A DNA stretch of 64,000 bases from Gammaproteobacteria bacterium (GCA_029884425.1 JAOUHV010000008.1:17977-81976); one strand, 5' to 3'; shown: positions 30,177-42,391, numbered from the stretch's first letter. The notes: a model not told the origin generated them from the letters alone. Made by a program: numbers and translations.

Positions 30177-31982
30177 ATGTCGCAGCAAGTCATCAGCCGT
30201 TTTTCCGAACTTTCACTGTCACCTGCTATCCTGCAAGCCGTTGCGGATATTGGTTACGAAACGCCATCGCCCATCCAGGCGCAAAGCATCCCCCCTTTGC
30301 TGGAAGGACGCGACCTGCTGGGCACAGCGCAAACCGGCACGGGTAAAACGGCGGCATTCGCACTTCCTCTGCTGAGCAGACTGGACATTTCGCGAAACCA
30401 GCCTCAGTTGCTGGTACTCGCGCCCACGCGGGAACTGGCCATCCAGGTTGCCGAAGCCATGCAGGCTTATGCGCGTCACATGCAGGGTTTTCACATTTTG
30501 CCGGTATACGGTGGTCAAGGCATGGACACCCAGCTGCGCCAGCTAAAACGCGGTGTGCACGTTGTGGTTGGTACCCCCGGTCGCGTACAAGATCACCTGC
30601 GTCGCGGCACCCTGAAGCTGGATTCCATCCGTGCTGTTGTTCTGGACGAAGCCGACGAAATGTTGCGTATGGGATTCATCGATGATGTTGAAGCCATCCT
30701 GCAGCACACGCCTGCGGATAAACAAGTGGCGTTGTTCTCCGCCACCATGCCGCCCGCCATTAAGCGTGTTGCCGACACCTATTTACGTAATCCGGTAGAA
30801 ATCAAAATCAAGTCGCAAACGACGACGGTTTCCGCCATTACCCAACGCTACTGGCAAGTGAGTGGCATTCACAAGCTCGACGCGCTAACGCGTATGCTGG
30901 AAGTGGAAGAATTCGACGGTGTCATTATCTTTGTCCGCACCAAAAACGCGACGATTGAATTGGCAGAAAAACTGGAAGCCCGTGGCTATTCTGCCTCGCC
31001 ACTCAACGGTGACATGAGTCAGCAGTTGCGGGAAAAAACGGTCGATCGTCTGAAAAAAGGCAGTCTGGATATTCTGGTCGGCACCGACGTTGTTGCCCGT
31101 GGACTGGACGTTGAACGCATTAGTCACGTCATCAACTATGACATTCCATACGACACCGAATCCTACGTGCATCGTATCGGTCGTACCGGTCGTGCGGGTC
31201 GTAAAGGTGACGCCATTTTGTTTGTCGCCCCCCGCGAAAAACGCATGCTCAGCACCATCGAAAAAGCGACCGGCCAGAAAATTGAGCCCATGCAGCTTCC
31301 CAGTCGTGAAACCATCGCCAACAAGCGCGTCATGGCGTTCAAACAATTGATCAGCGATGCCATCGAATCGCAGGAGCTCGCGTATTTCCAGGAAATCGTC
31401 GAAGGCTATCAGGAAGAACACAACATCGGCATGAGCGAAGTCGCTGCTGCGCTGGCGTATCTGCTGCAAAAAGATCGTCCGCTTGCACCAGAGTTCACTG
31501 ACGTTGTGGAATCTGCGCCACCGCGCAAAGACAAGCGTGACAGAGACAGCTACGGTTCAGGCGATCGCGGCGAGCGTAGCGAACGCAGCGGCGGCAACAA
31601 GTTCAAGTCGCAGCAACAAGCGGAAGCAGGCATGGCCCGCTACCGCATTGAAGTCGGTCGTCAACATGGCGCAGAACCCAAACACATTGTCGGTGCCATC
31701 GCCAACGAAGCCGGTGTCGAAAGCGCGTTCATTCGCAACATCACCATCCATGATGATTACTCCACCGTGGATTTGCCGGAAGGCATGCCCAACGATATTT
31801 TCCAGCACCTGCGCAAAGTTCGCGTTGCCAGTCGGATGCTCAATATCAGTTTGGCTGACGGCGGCAGCCCACGCAGTCATGCGGGCAAACCCAAGCCCAA
31901 GGGACCCAGACCACCTAACAAAGGCGGCAATTCAAAAGCCAAGCCTCGGCCGAAAAACAAAGACAGCAAGCCTAAAGGCTAA
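30177..31982 (+). CDS. deaD: DEAD-box ATP-dependent RNA helicase DeaD/CsdA
   Basis: Carries the AQTGTGKT, PTRELA, VLDEADEML, SAT and HRIGRTGRAG motifs plus a basic C-terminal tail. The ATG at 30177 (MSQQVISRFSELSL) is preferred over the ORF-track start at 30105. Confidence 0.93.
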   Translation: MSQQVISRFSELSLSPAILQAVADIGYETPSPIQAQSIPPLLEGRDLLGTAQTGTGKTAAFALPLLSRLDISRNQPQLLVLAPTRELAIQVAEAMQAYARHMQGFHILPVYGGQGMDTQLRQLKRGVHVVVGTPGRVQDHLRRGTLKLDSIRAVVLDEADEMLRMGFIDDVEAILQHTPADKQVALFSATMPPAIKRVADTYLRNPVEIKIKSQTTTVSAITQRYWQVSGIHKLDALTRMLEVEEFDGVIIFVRTKNATIELAEKLEARGYSASPLNGDMSQQLREKTVDRLKKGSLDILVGTDVVARGLDVERISHVINYDIPYDTESYVHRIGRTGRAGRKGDAILFVAPREKRMLSTIEKATGQKIEPMQLPSRETIANKRVMAFKQLISDAIESQELAYFQEIVEGYQEEHNIGMSEVAAALAYLLQKDRPLAPEFTDVVESAPPRKDKRDRDSYGSGDRGERSERSGGNKFKSQQQAEAGMARYRIEVGRQHGAEPKHIVGAIANEAGVESAFIRNITIHDDYSTVDLPEGMPNDIFQHLRKVRVASRMLNISLADGGSPRSHAGKPKPKGPRPPNKGGNSKAKPRPKNKDSKPKG

Positions 31983-31991
31983 ACCAAAATG

Positions 31992-32023
31992 AAAAGAGGG
32001 GACCAACGTCCCCTCTTTTTTTT
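31992..32023. terminator. bidirectional rho-independent terminator (deaD / ligA)
   Basis: AGAGGGGAC-CAAC-GTCCCCTCT hairpin with A4 upstream and T8 downstream, between convergent genes. Confidence 0.85.
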
Positions 32024-32041
32024 GTTCAATACACTGAATTT

Positions 32042-34090
<2,049 letters not shown>

Positions 34091-35140
34091 TTACATGTAT
34101 TTTTCTACATCAATGCGCATGACATTGATTTCGGAGACGCTAAGCAGTTTGCGATCTTCGGTGTACAACTTGCCGCCAAGACGGCGTGACAAACGCTGTG
34201 CGGCAGACATCATTTGGGTAAATGCCAGCGACGCGTTACCCACTTCCATGGGCACCTGCATCTGGAACGTCAAACCATTTGTGGAAAACTCATCGATGTT
34301 CTGCAGATCAAAATTTCCGGCTTCAGTAACATTGCCAACACTAAAGTTCACGTAGACGCGACTCTGGTCTTTGGCAAGATGCTGATAGATACCACGGTCG
34401 TTTAGTTCCAAACCGACTTCCTGCATCGCGCTCACGAACATGCGCCCACCAAACTTGCGACCACCATCACTTTTCAGGTACACCGTGATCACTTTTTTTG
34501 TTTTGTCGCGTGACAGCTTGACTCTTTCGGCGACACGTACAACCGGCTCGGCATGATCGGAGGTTTCCGCAGCATCCACCGAAGCCTCATCCATCGGCTC
34601 CGAATTTTTCTTGCTCACTTCCACCACGGGCCGGGTTACTTTTGGCTTGTCGTTGGCTGGTGGCGTTGGTCGTGATGATGCAGAACCGACTTTTTTCTCC
34701 ACCACTTCCGATTTCTTTTCATTGCGCGGTTTATTTTCTGCCGCAGGAGCCTGCTGCTTTTTCACCTCAGGTGCCGGTGCCTTCTTTACCGATACCGGAC
34801 CAACATCGTCCACATTGTCTTCATCGTCATGCAGCTTGACGCTGGGGAGTTCGTCTTCTTTTTCCAGACGTCGAAACGCTTTCACCGTGGACTTGGGCTT
34901 GGGCATCACCATCTCGTGATCAGCGGCTTTGCGCACAGAGACCTTGCCCAGCGCACCGCGTTCCTCGGGCAGATCTTGGTACTGACTGGGATGCACCGCA
35001 CGGTTTTCTTCTGCCAGCGCGGTTTTGCTCAAACGGGGACGTCGGCTAATGAAAAAAACGGCCAACAACACAAAAAAACCGACTACCAATAACGTCAGTC
35101 GTAACGGATCAGAAAAGAACTGAACAATGGGTGTAATCAT
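34091..35140 (-). CDS. zipA: cell division protein ZipA
   Basis: 349 aa with an N-terminal TM helix, a long charged/Pro-rich linker and a C-terminal FtsZ-binding domain. Sits in smc-zipA-ligA synteny. Confidence 0.88.
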   Translation of the reverse strand: MITPIVQFFSDPLRLTLLVVGFFVLLAVFFISRRPRLSKTALAEENRAVHPSQYQDLPEERGALGKVSVRKAADHEMVMPKPKSTVKAFRRLEKEDELPSVKLHDDEDNVDDVGPVSVKKAPAPEVKKQQAPAAENKPRNEKKSEVVEKKVGSASSRPTPPANDKPKVTRPVVEVSKKNSEPMDEASVDAAETSDHAEPVVRVAERVKLSRDKTKKVITVYLKSDGGRKFGGRMFVSAMQEVGLELNDRGIYQHLAKDQSRVYVNFSVGNVTEAGNFDLQNIDEFSTNGLTFQMQVPMEVGNASLAFTQMMSAAQRLSRRLGGKLYTEDRKLLSVSEINVMRIDVEKYM

Positions 35141-35146
35141 AGAGTT

Positions 35147-35236
35147 TTACGACGCCACAAGTTGTACTGCCTCTTCCACGTCTACCGCCACTAAGCGGGA
35201 GACACCCGGCTCATGCATGGTGACACCATTGAGCTG
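35147..35236 (-). other. displaced canonical SMC C-terminal coding segment (other frame)
   Basis: The alternative frame reads QLNGVTMHEPGVSRLVAVDVEEAVQLVAS-stop. This is the conserved SMC C-terminus, and it ends 7 nt before the zipA ATG. Confidence 0.8.
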
Positions 35237-38200
35237 TTCGAAATTTCCATCGTTGCCTTGTTGTGGGTGATAAAAATAAACTGCACCTGTTTGGACATTT
35301 CTTTCACCAAGTCACAGAAGCGACCAACGTTGGCCTCATCCAGTGGTGCGTCCACCTCGTCCAGCATACAGAACGGCGCCGGATTCAGCTCAAAAATCGA
35401 GAACACCAACGCCGCCGCAGTCAGTGCTTTTTCACCACCCGACAACAAATGAATGTTGGTGACACGTTTGCCAGGAGGACGCGCCATAATGGTCACGCCG
35501 GTATCCAGCAAATCTTCGCCGGTCATTTCCAAATACGCCTGACCGCCACCAAACAATTTCGGGAACATGCGCTTCAAACCATTATTGATAAAATCAAAGG
35601 TTTCTTTAAAGCGAGCTCTCGTTTCACGATCAATTTTACGGATCGCATTTTCCAACGTTTCCAGCGCATCCATCAAGTCCTTGTATTGCGCTTCGATGTG
35701 CTCCTTGCGCTGCGACTGTTCGTTATACTCGTCAATCGCGGCCAGGTTGATCGGCCCCAGCTTCTGGATTTTTTGTTCCAGATCGCGTAGCGCCTCTTCC
35801 CATTCGGCAATGTTGGCCGTATCAGACAGCCCTTCAAACAACAGATGCAATTCGTAGCCCGCTTCGGTCAACTGCTCCTGGATAGTCTGGCGACGCACCC
35901 GCAAGGTTTGCGCTTCCATCCGGTCATGTTCGAGCGAGCTGCGCACCATGTGCACACGCTGTTCAGCCAGCATGCGTTTGGTGGTCAGTTCGCGCATTTC
36001 TGCATCGGCTGCTTCCATCGCCCGGCGTGCCTCGGCCAAACGGCCTTCCACTTCCAGACGAACCGCCAGTAAGCCTTCAAGTTCCTCAGTCAACGACGCG
36101 ATCGGGTTGTCGTCAATATTGAGTGACTCCAACAGCATATCGCGACGCTGCTGCAGTTGCCGCAATTGGTTTTCGACACGCGCCAGACTTTGTTGAGTCG
36201 AGGTGATGTTGGATTTCACCGCAGTGTATTCTGCCGTCAATGCCTGCATGGCCACAGCATCCTGACTGGCGGCGGCACGCGCCTCATCCAGGCGCAAACG
36301 TAATTCTTCGCGGCGCTGCTGCAATTCCTCGCGGCGTATTGCCAGCTCTTCCATACGCTCAACCGCTTCTTCGAGCCGTCCCCGCGCTTCGGCGATATTT
36401 TCGCTGTTGGTCTGCAGTTGCATTTGCAACTCTTCCATATCGCCAACGATGGTGTCCTTGCGCTTGCGCAACTGATCAACCCGCGCCTGCTTGCCGCTGC
36501 GACTGGCTTTCAAGTCACCCAGGCGACGTTCAAATTCACTCAGTTGTGCCTGAATGCGATCGCGTTCTTCTTCCAGTTGCGCCTGAGTATCTCTGGCCTG
36601 CAACAAGCTCGCTTCCAGCGTATCCAGTTGTTCGGCAAAAGCAGATTTTTCTGCAATGGCATCGCGCAGGGCTTTTTCGCGCTGCAACACACCGGCTTTT
36701 TCGTCCTGGCTGCGATTAATCCGCAACCATTGCGCCCCCAGCCACAAGCCATCGCGGGTAACGATGGACTCGTTGCCCTGCAGTTTGTTCTGCGCGGCCA
36801 ACGCCTGTTCCAGGGTTTCGGCGCAATACACCCCGGCAAACAGCGATTGCACCGGCCAGCGGCTGTTGATCTTTGACCACAACGTTGGCAAACCCAGCGC
36901 CTCATTGGCAGTCAGGCTGACGCCGCTGTTTTGCAAATTAAATATTTCCAGCGCACCACGCTCCAAGCGCGACAACGCCTGCGGAATATCGGCGAGGTTA
37001 TCGACACAAACCGCTTCCAGGTGAAAGCCCAAAACGCTTTCAACTGCTTTTTCCCAGCCGGATTCGGTATCGATGCCTTGCGCCAAGCGCGACGCACTGG
37101 CCAAACCGTTGTTACGCAACCAATCGCCCACTTGAGAATTGGATTTGCCCAACGCGGTTTCCTGCAGCGCTTCCAGGGACGCAATGCGTCCCGACAGTGC
37201 TTGCGACTGATCGCGCACCGCAGACAACTGCCGGTTCAGCGCGGTGATTTGCTCACGCTGTTCTGCCAGTTTGGTTTGTGTGTCCTGACGATTGTAGAGC
37301 AGGCTTTCGGCCTGCTGCTGCTCATTTTCGATCTGTTCGTTGACCAGCTCCAGCTCTGATTCGAGGTCGGCGAAATTCAGTCCGAGCATTTCCTCTTGCA
37401 GGCGCTGATGACGCTGTTCCAACTGCCGTGATTGCACTTCCATGTGGGTAATGGTGGTACGTTCGACTTCGGCCTGACGCGCTGGCTCGTTGGCGCTTTG
37501 GTTAAAGGCGTCCCACTGGTTTTGCCAGTCCTGCATGGCCGATTCAGCTTCCGTCTGCTGAACGCGTGCCTGTGCCGACGTTTCCGCCGCCATTTCGTAA
37601 CGGGGTGCCAGTTCCTGCTCGCGCAGTTCCAGCTCCATCAAACGTTCGTGATCTGCGGTTTGATGCGCCTGCATTTCCTGCAAGCTGCGCTCGGCCTGAT
37701 CCAGATCGGTGCTGAGCTGACGCTGACGGTCGCGGGTGTGGGCGATAAACTGTTCTTTGGTCGAAATATCCGCGCCGACCTGATAGAACTTACCCTGAAT
37801 CTCGTTGAAAACGTCATTGGACTCGGTGTGCGCTTCGCGCTGACGCTCAATGCCGGCTTCAGCTGAACGCTGCGTGGCCAGCTCTTCTTCGAGTTTGACT
37901 TCCAGGCTGGTCACACCACCTTCAACTTCGCGGGCTTTTTCGTCCAGGCTCTGCCATTGCAGCGCCAACAACTGACCACGAGTGTCGCGCTCTTGTTGCT
38001 TCAATTCCTTAAAACGCTCGGCAGTACGCGACTGACGCTGCAGGCGCTCCAGCTGTTTGCCCAACTCATCGCGCAAATCGTTAATGCGATCCAGGTTTTC
38101 TTTGGTGCTTCGAATCCGGGTTTCGGTTTCGCGACGGCGTTCCTTGTATTTGGAAATGCCGGCGGCTTCTTCAATGGTCGCGCGCAGCTCTTCGGGCTTG

Positions 38201-38664
38201 GCCTCGATCATGCGCGAAATCATGCCCTGTTCGATGATGGCGTAAGAACGCGGACCCAAGCCGGTTCCCAGGAACAAATCGGTAATGTCCTTGCGTCGGC
38301 AACGGGCACCGTTCAAGAAATAACCTGATTGGCCATCGCGGTTGACCACGCGCTTGACCGAAATCTCCATGAAATTGGCGTACTGGCCACCCAGCTTGCC
38401 TTCGGAGTTGTCGAAAACCAGTTCAATCGACGCCTGCCCCACGGGCTTACGGCTGGAGGAGCCATTGAAAATGACGTCCGCCATGGAACCACCACGCAGG
38501 TGTTTGGCCGAGGTTTCCCCCATGACCCAGCGTACCGCGTCGATAATATTGGACTTGCCGCTGCCGTTAGGCCCCACCACTCCCACCAGATTACTCTTGA
38601 GAATGACCGTGGTTGGATCCACGAATGACTTAAATCCAGCCAGCTTTATTTTTGATAAGCGCAT
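35191..38664 (-). CDS. smc: chromosome segregation protein SMC (3' end frameshifted, see findings)
   Basis: 1157-aa ORF with Walker A GPNGSGKSN, long coiled coils with a hinge, the signature LSGGEKALTA and Walker B FCMLDEVDAPLD. After THNKATMEIS the frame yields 14 non-conserved residues (beginning at N). Confidence 0.9.
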   Translation of the reverse strand: MRLSKIKLAGFKSFVDPTTVILKSNLVGVVGPNGSGKSNIIDAVRWVMGETSAKHLRGGSMADVIFNGSSSRKPVGQASIELVFDNSEGKLGGQYANFMEISVKRVVNRDGQSGYFLNGARCRRKDITDLFLGTGLGPRSYAIIEQGMISRMIEAKPEELRATIEEAAGISKYKERRRETETRIRSTKENLDRINDLRDELGKQLERLQRQSRTAERFKELKQQERDTRGQLLALQWQSLDEKAREVEGGVTSLEVKLEEELATQRSAEAGIERQREAHTESNDVFNEIQGKFYQVGADISTKEQFIAHTRDRQRQLSTDLDQAERSLQEMQAHQTADHERLMELELREQELAPRYEMAAETSAQARVQQTEAESAMQDWQNQWDAFNQSANEPARQAEVERTTITHMEVQSRQLEQRHQRLQEEMLGLNFADLESELELVNEQIENEQQQAESLLYNRQDTQTKLAEQREQITALNRQLSAVRDQSQALSGRIASLEALQETALGKSNSQVGDWLRNNGLASASRLAQGIDTESGWEKAVESVLGFHLEAVCVDNLADIPQALSRLERGALEIFNLQNSGVSLTANEALGLPTLWSKINSRWPVQSLFAGVYCAETLEQALAAQNKLQGNESIVTRDGLWLGAQWLRINRSQDEKAGVLQREKALRDAIAEKSAFAEQLDTLEASLLQARDTQAQLEEERDRIQAQLSEFERRLGDLKASRSGKQARVDQLRKRKDTIVGDMEELQMQLQTNSENIAEARGRLEEAVERMEELAIRREELQQRREELRLRLDEARAAASQDAVAMQALTAEYTAVKSNITSTQQSLARVENQLRQLQQRRDMLLESLNIDDNPIASLTEELEGLLAVRLEVEGRLAEARRAMEAADAEMRELTTKRMLAEQRVHMVRSSLEHDRMEAQTLRVRRQTIQEQLTEAGYELHLLFEGLSDTANIAEWEEALRDLEQKIQKLGPINLAAIDEYNEQSQRKEHIEAQYKDLMDALETLENAIRKIDRETRARFKETFDFINNGLKRMFPKLFGGGQAYLEMTGEDLLDTGVTIMARPPGKRVTNIHLLSGGEKALTAAALVFSIFELNPAPFCMLDEVDAPLDEANVGRFCDLVKEMSKQVQFIFITHNKATMEISNSSMVSPCMSRVSPA

Positions 38665-38789
38665 ATAACCAGTGACAACTCTAACGGAAACAAAGCATTA
38701 GTTCCCCGATGAACGACGAAACTTTTTCGCCAAACGGCTGTTTCTTGGGGTAAAATTGAGCGCTTTAAAGTATCACAGAGACACTGTTT

Positions 38790-39179
38790 ATGCCTAGCCA
38801 ACCGTCCAAAATTCTTGAGACCTTCGACAACCCAAATCCAGAGCGCGACTACACCATCCGCATTCGGATGCCGGAGTTTACCTGCCTGTGCCCCAAAACC
38901 GGCCAGCCCGACTTTGCTACGCTGTACCTGGATTACATCCCGGACAAACAGTGTATCGAGCTGAAATCGTTGAAGTTGTACATCTGGTCATTCCGCGAGG
39001 AAGGTGCCTTCCACGAGGCAGTGACCAATCAAATGCTGCAGGACTTCGTTGCTGCCTGCCAGCCTCGCTTCATGCGCCTGACCGGTGAATTTGCCGTTCG
39101 CGGTGGAATTTACACCAACGTGGTGGTTGAACATCACGCCAAAGGTTGGACCCCAAAACCTCTGGTTCAGCTGCCCTAA
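38790..39179 (+). CDS. queF: NADPH-dependent 7-cyano-7-deazaguanine reductase (short, unimodular type)
   Basis: 129 aa with the catalytic Cys region [13 protein letters not shown] and the QueF motif ELKSLKLY. Confidence 0.88.
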   Translation: MPSQPSKILETFDNPNPERDYTIRIRMPEFTCLCPKTGQPDFATLYLDYIPDKQCIELKSLKLYIWSFREEGAFHEAVTNQMLQDFVAACQPRFMRLTGEFAVRGGIYTNVVVEHHAKGWTPKPLVQLP

Positions 39180-40469
39180 GTGGGTTTGTATCTCGGCATA
39201 GACCTGGGCACCTCCGGTGTCCGTGCCGTCGCCATCGACGAGCAGGGACGCGCGGTCGGCTGGGCGCACACCTCGTTGCCCGCGCCAATCCATGCGGCCA
39301 ACGGTGTGCGTCAGGCACCGGCGTTGTGGTGGCAAGCCGTGCAGCAAGTGCTGCATTCGCTGTTGCGCCACATTGACGCCGGCCGGGTTCTCGCCATTGC
39401 GGTGGACGGCACTTCCGGCACCCTGCTCGCCATTGACGAGCAGGGCCAGCCCCTGGCCGACGCCATCATGTACAACGATAGCAGCAGTCAGGCGCAAGCC
39501 GCCCACATTCGCCAGTTTGCACCGGCAGATGCTATCGCCAGCTCGGCGTCGTCTGGCCTGGCTCGCTGCCTGCGTTTGCAACAGGAAATCACCACCCCCA
39601 TCCACCGATTTGTCACCCAGGCCGACTGGATCCGTGGCCAATTGAGTGGCCACTGGCAACACAGCGACGAACATAATGCACTCAAGACCGGTTACGATCC
39701 GCTGAATCGGCAGTGGCCGGAGTGGATCTGGCAAACCGGCATTCAGCGTCAGCAACTGCCTGAGGTTTACCCCCCTGGCACGCCGGTCGGCCAGATCAGC
39801 CAGACCCGCGCACGGGAGTTTGGTCTGACTGAAAACTGCCAGGTGATGACCGGCACGACCGACAGCAATGCAGCCCTGCTCGCCACCGGCGCCCTCCGCC
39901 TGGGCGATGCAGTCACGTCACTGGGATCAACCCTGGTGCTGAAAGTAATCAGCAAAGTGGCGATACACGCGCCGCAGTACGGAGTCTATAGTCATCGGCT
40001 TGGCAATTACTGGCTGGTGGGCGGAGCCTCCAACAGCGGCGGCGCGGTATTACGCAAGTATTTCGACAACGCCACCCTGGTATCGCTCTCGGCGCAGATT
40101 GATCCTGAGCGCGACAGCCCGCTGGACTATTATCCCCTGCCTGCGCCCGGCGAACGCTTTCCGACCAATGATCCGCAACTGGAACCCCGGCTGCTGCCTC
40201 GCCCCATGAGCGATGTCGCCTTTCTGCATGGGTTACTGCAATCCATTGCGCGCATTGAGCAGCAAGGTTACGAATTACTGCGCCAATTGGGCGCGCCGTA
40301 TCCCTGTCAGGTGATCAGTGCCGGTGGCGGAGCCAACAATCCCCAATGGCAAGCCATGCGACAGCGTCTGCTGGAAGTCCCGGTGAAAAAAGCCACTCAG
40401 CAGGAAGCGGCCTACGGCGCTGCCAAATTGGCGTTTTGGGGTCACACTGGAGAGCATCCCTATGGCTAA
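39180..40469 (+). CDS. FGGY-family carbohydrate kinase
   Basis: 429 aa with the N-terminal actin-fold motif LGIDLGTSGVR. The GTG start directly abuts the queF stop (TAAGTG). Substrate is unknown. Confidence 0.8.
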   Translation: MGLYLGIDLGTSGVRAVAIDEQGRAVGWAHTSLPAPIHAANGVRQAPALWWQAVQQVLHSLLRHIDAGRVLAIAVDGTSGTLLAIDEQGQPLADAIMYNDSSSQAQAAHIRQFAPADAIASSASSGLARCLRLQQEITTPIHRFVTQADWIRGQLSGHWQHSDEHNALKTGYDPLNRQWPEWIWQTGIQRQQLPEVYPPGTPVGQISQTRAREFGLTENCQVMTGTTDSNAALLATGALRLGDAVTSLGSTLVLKVISKVAIHAPQYGVYSHRLGNYWLVGGASNSGGAVLRKYFDNATLVSLSAQIDPERDSPLDYYPLPAPGERFPTNDPQLEPRLLPRPMSDVAFLHGLLQSIARIEQQGYELLRQLGAPYPCQVISAGGGANNPQWQAMRQRLLEVPVKKATQQEAAYGAAKLAFWGHTGEHPYG

Positions 40470-41199
40470 CCTGGCCAATAATCCGTTCAATGGTTTGCGT
40501 TATTTACTGCAGGGATTTCGACTGATCACTCAGCCTGGATTGCGACGGTTTGTGATTATTCCAACGTTGATTAACATCAGCGTGTTCATCGGCCTGGGAT
40601 ATTTTGCATTCAACCAGATCGACATCATCACCGAATCCTACATCGCCAATTTGCCCGACTGGCTGCAATGGCTGGATTGGATTGCTGAGTTTGCCATCGT
40701 GCTATTCCTGGGTGTTATTGCATTTTTCAGTTTTACCCTCATCGCCAACTTAATCTGCGCACCGTTTAACGGTCCCCTGGCCGAGGCCGTGCATCAACGA
40801 TTAACCGGGCAAACAACCTCCAGCCCATGGCACGAAAGCATTACCACCTTGCCAGCCACCTTCGCCGATGAATTTCGCAAAATGTTTTATGCCGTCAGTC
40901 GTAGCCTGCCATTTCTGCTGCTATTTCTGCTGCCAGGAATTAACGTGATTGCATCATTACTGTGGATGATTTTCGCAGCCTGGCTGCTTGCCTTGCAGTA
41001 TCTGGATTATCCGCTGGGTAATCGTCACATTCGTTTTGCGCAACAACGTGCGCTGCTTGGGCAGTATCGCTGGCTGACCTGGGGGTTTGGTGGTGGTGTG
41101 TTGCTGTGCACACTGATCCCGGTGCTGAATCTGCTCATCATCCCTGCCGCAGTTGCTGGCGCCACTGCGCTGCAAGTCAAGGAAATCGAAACGCCTTAG
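40462..41199 (+). CDS. cysZ: sulfate transporter CysZ
   Basis: 245-aa membrane protein with a CysZ-like N-terminus (NNPFNGLRYLLQGFRLITQPGLRRFVIIP). Confidence 0.85.
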   Translation: MANLANNPFNGLRYLLQGFRLITQPGLRRFVIIPTLINISVFIGLGYFAFNQIDIITESYIANLPDWLQWLDWIAEFAIVLFLGVIAFFSFTLIANLICAPFNGPLAEAVHQRLTGQTTSSPWHESITTLPATFADEFRKMFYAVSRSLPFLLLFLLPGINVIASLLWMIFAAWLLALQYLDYPLGNRHIRFAQQRALLGQYRWLTWGFGGGVLLCTLIPVLNLLIIPAAVAGATALQVKEIETP

Positions 41200-42329
41200 C
41201 CGGCGTATCCCCATAAGCGCGGCAAACTGCGCAGTTGTTTAACCGGCAGTGCGCATACGGTTTTGATTTGCTGTTCTGGATGCGTCACTGAATCACAGAC
41301 GATGTGCTGTTCGTACATCACGTCATTTTTGTCCCACACGGCCACGTACTGCGGCGGTGCGCTATTTTCCCGATTGGCACGAGTAATCATTGCGGTATCG
41401 CCATTGGCCAGTTTGACGCAGCTGCCTGGTGGAAAAATACCGACCGCCCGCACAAAATGAGCCATCAGTTTTTTATCGACTTCGTTATCCAACGCCACCA
41501 GTCGCTTTAGCGCCTGGGCCGGCAACAATCCCGGCCGATGGCGACGCGAAGATATCATCGCGTGATATCGATCCACCAGTGACAGAATTCGCGCCGGCAA
41601 ATCAATCTCTTCACCACGACGTTTGCGAGGATAGCCACTGCCATCTATATTTTCGTGATGCGACAGAACAATCTCCAACCATTGTTCATCGGCAATACCA
41701 TGATGCTTGAGCATCACCGCGCTTTGCATCGGATGTTGGCGAATATTTTTTTTCTGTGCCGGACTGAGCTGCTCTTTTTGTTCAAACAATTTATTTTGCA
41801 ATTCGTAGATGCTGATGTTCGCACTCAATGCTGCCCCTACTAACGACACCATCTGTGCGTCAGATAGTTTCACCTGCTGGCCCAACGCATACGCCAGCAC
41901 CGCGCAGTGCAGCGAATGCGCTACCGCATAATTGGGCGCGCGATAATGATGCGCAGACCCAATCAATGCATCCAAATCAAATTGGCACAGGTTGATAACG
42001 CAGCTCGCCAACCGTGGCAACAACTGGGTCACTGCCCGGCGTTTTTTCAGACTGGGATCATTTTGGCTGCGAAAAATCCGGTCCAGATTAGCCGCCACAT
42101 GCTCCAGCTTTACAAACGGATTGAGCACATCGACAAACTGACTGAATTCGTTGAAGCGATCTTCGTAAAATAACGGCTGATATTTTATCAGCGACGACAA
42201 CTGCTGCTGGCTGCGAATCACCGCACCTTGGCGCGCAAGCAACCGCCCCTTGCAATCCACGATATGCCAGCTCAGTGGAACACCCAGCGGCAGTTCCCGT
42301 AAACTCAGCAGGTGACTTGCATCTCCCAT
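41196..42329 (-). CDS. HD-GYP domain-containing protein
   Basis: 377 aa with an HD domain carrying HHENIDGSGYP. The N-terminal roughly 130 aa are not assigned. The stop codon overlaps the cysZ stop (TTAG). Confidence 0.82.
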   Translation of the reverse strand: MGDASHLLSLRELPLGVPLSWHIVDCKGRLLARQGAVIRSQQQLSSLIKYQPLFYEDRFNEFSQFVDVLNPFVKLEHVAANLDRIFRSQNDPSLKKRRAVTQLLPRLASCVINLCQFDLDALIGSAHHYRAPNYAVAHSLHCAVLAYALGQQVKLSDAQMVSLVGAALSANISIYELQNKLFEQKEQLSPAQKKNIRQHPMQSAVMLKHHGIADEQWLEIVLSHHENIDGSGYPRKRRGEEIDLPARILSLVDRYHAMISSRRHRPGLLPAQALKRLVALDNEVDKKLMAHFVRAVGIFPPGSCVKLANGDTAMITRANRENSAPPQYVAVWDKNDVMYEQHIVCDSVTHPEQQIKTVCALPVKQLRSLPRLWGYAG

Positions 42330-42391
42330 ACGACAATTCCATAGAATACCTATGACTTTTGTCGGCTCAATGCCCGGAAATTTCTAGGGTT

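Noticed and set aside
38988-39755. 255-aa ORF on the minus strand spanning the queF 3' end and the FGGY kinase 5' part.
   Set aside because: It is in the mirror frame of the kinase gene: (39753-39180) is divisible by 3. It overlaps two well-supported genes. It is a codon-bias artefact.
41196-41199. Convergent stop-codon overlap of cysZ and the HD-GYP gene (TTAG). A related case is the 3-nt gap between convergent yhbY and the DUF4149 gene (22319/22323). Both lack any terminator hairpin.
   Set aside because: This is real but common in compact genomes. It implies possible transcriptional interference, but nothing in the sequence suggests a specific mechanism.
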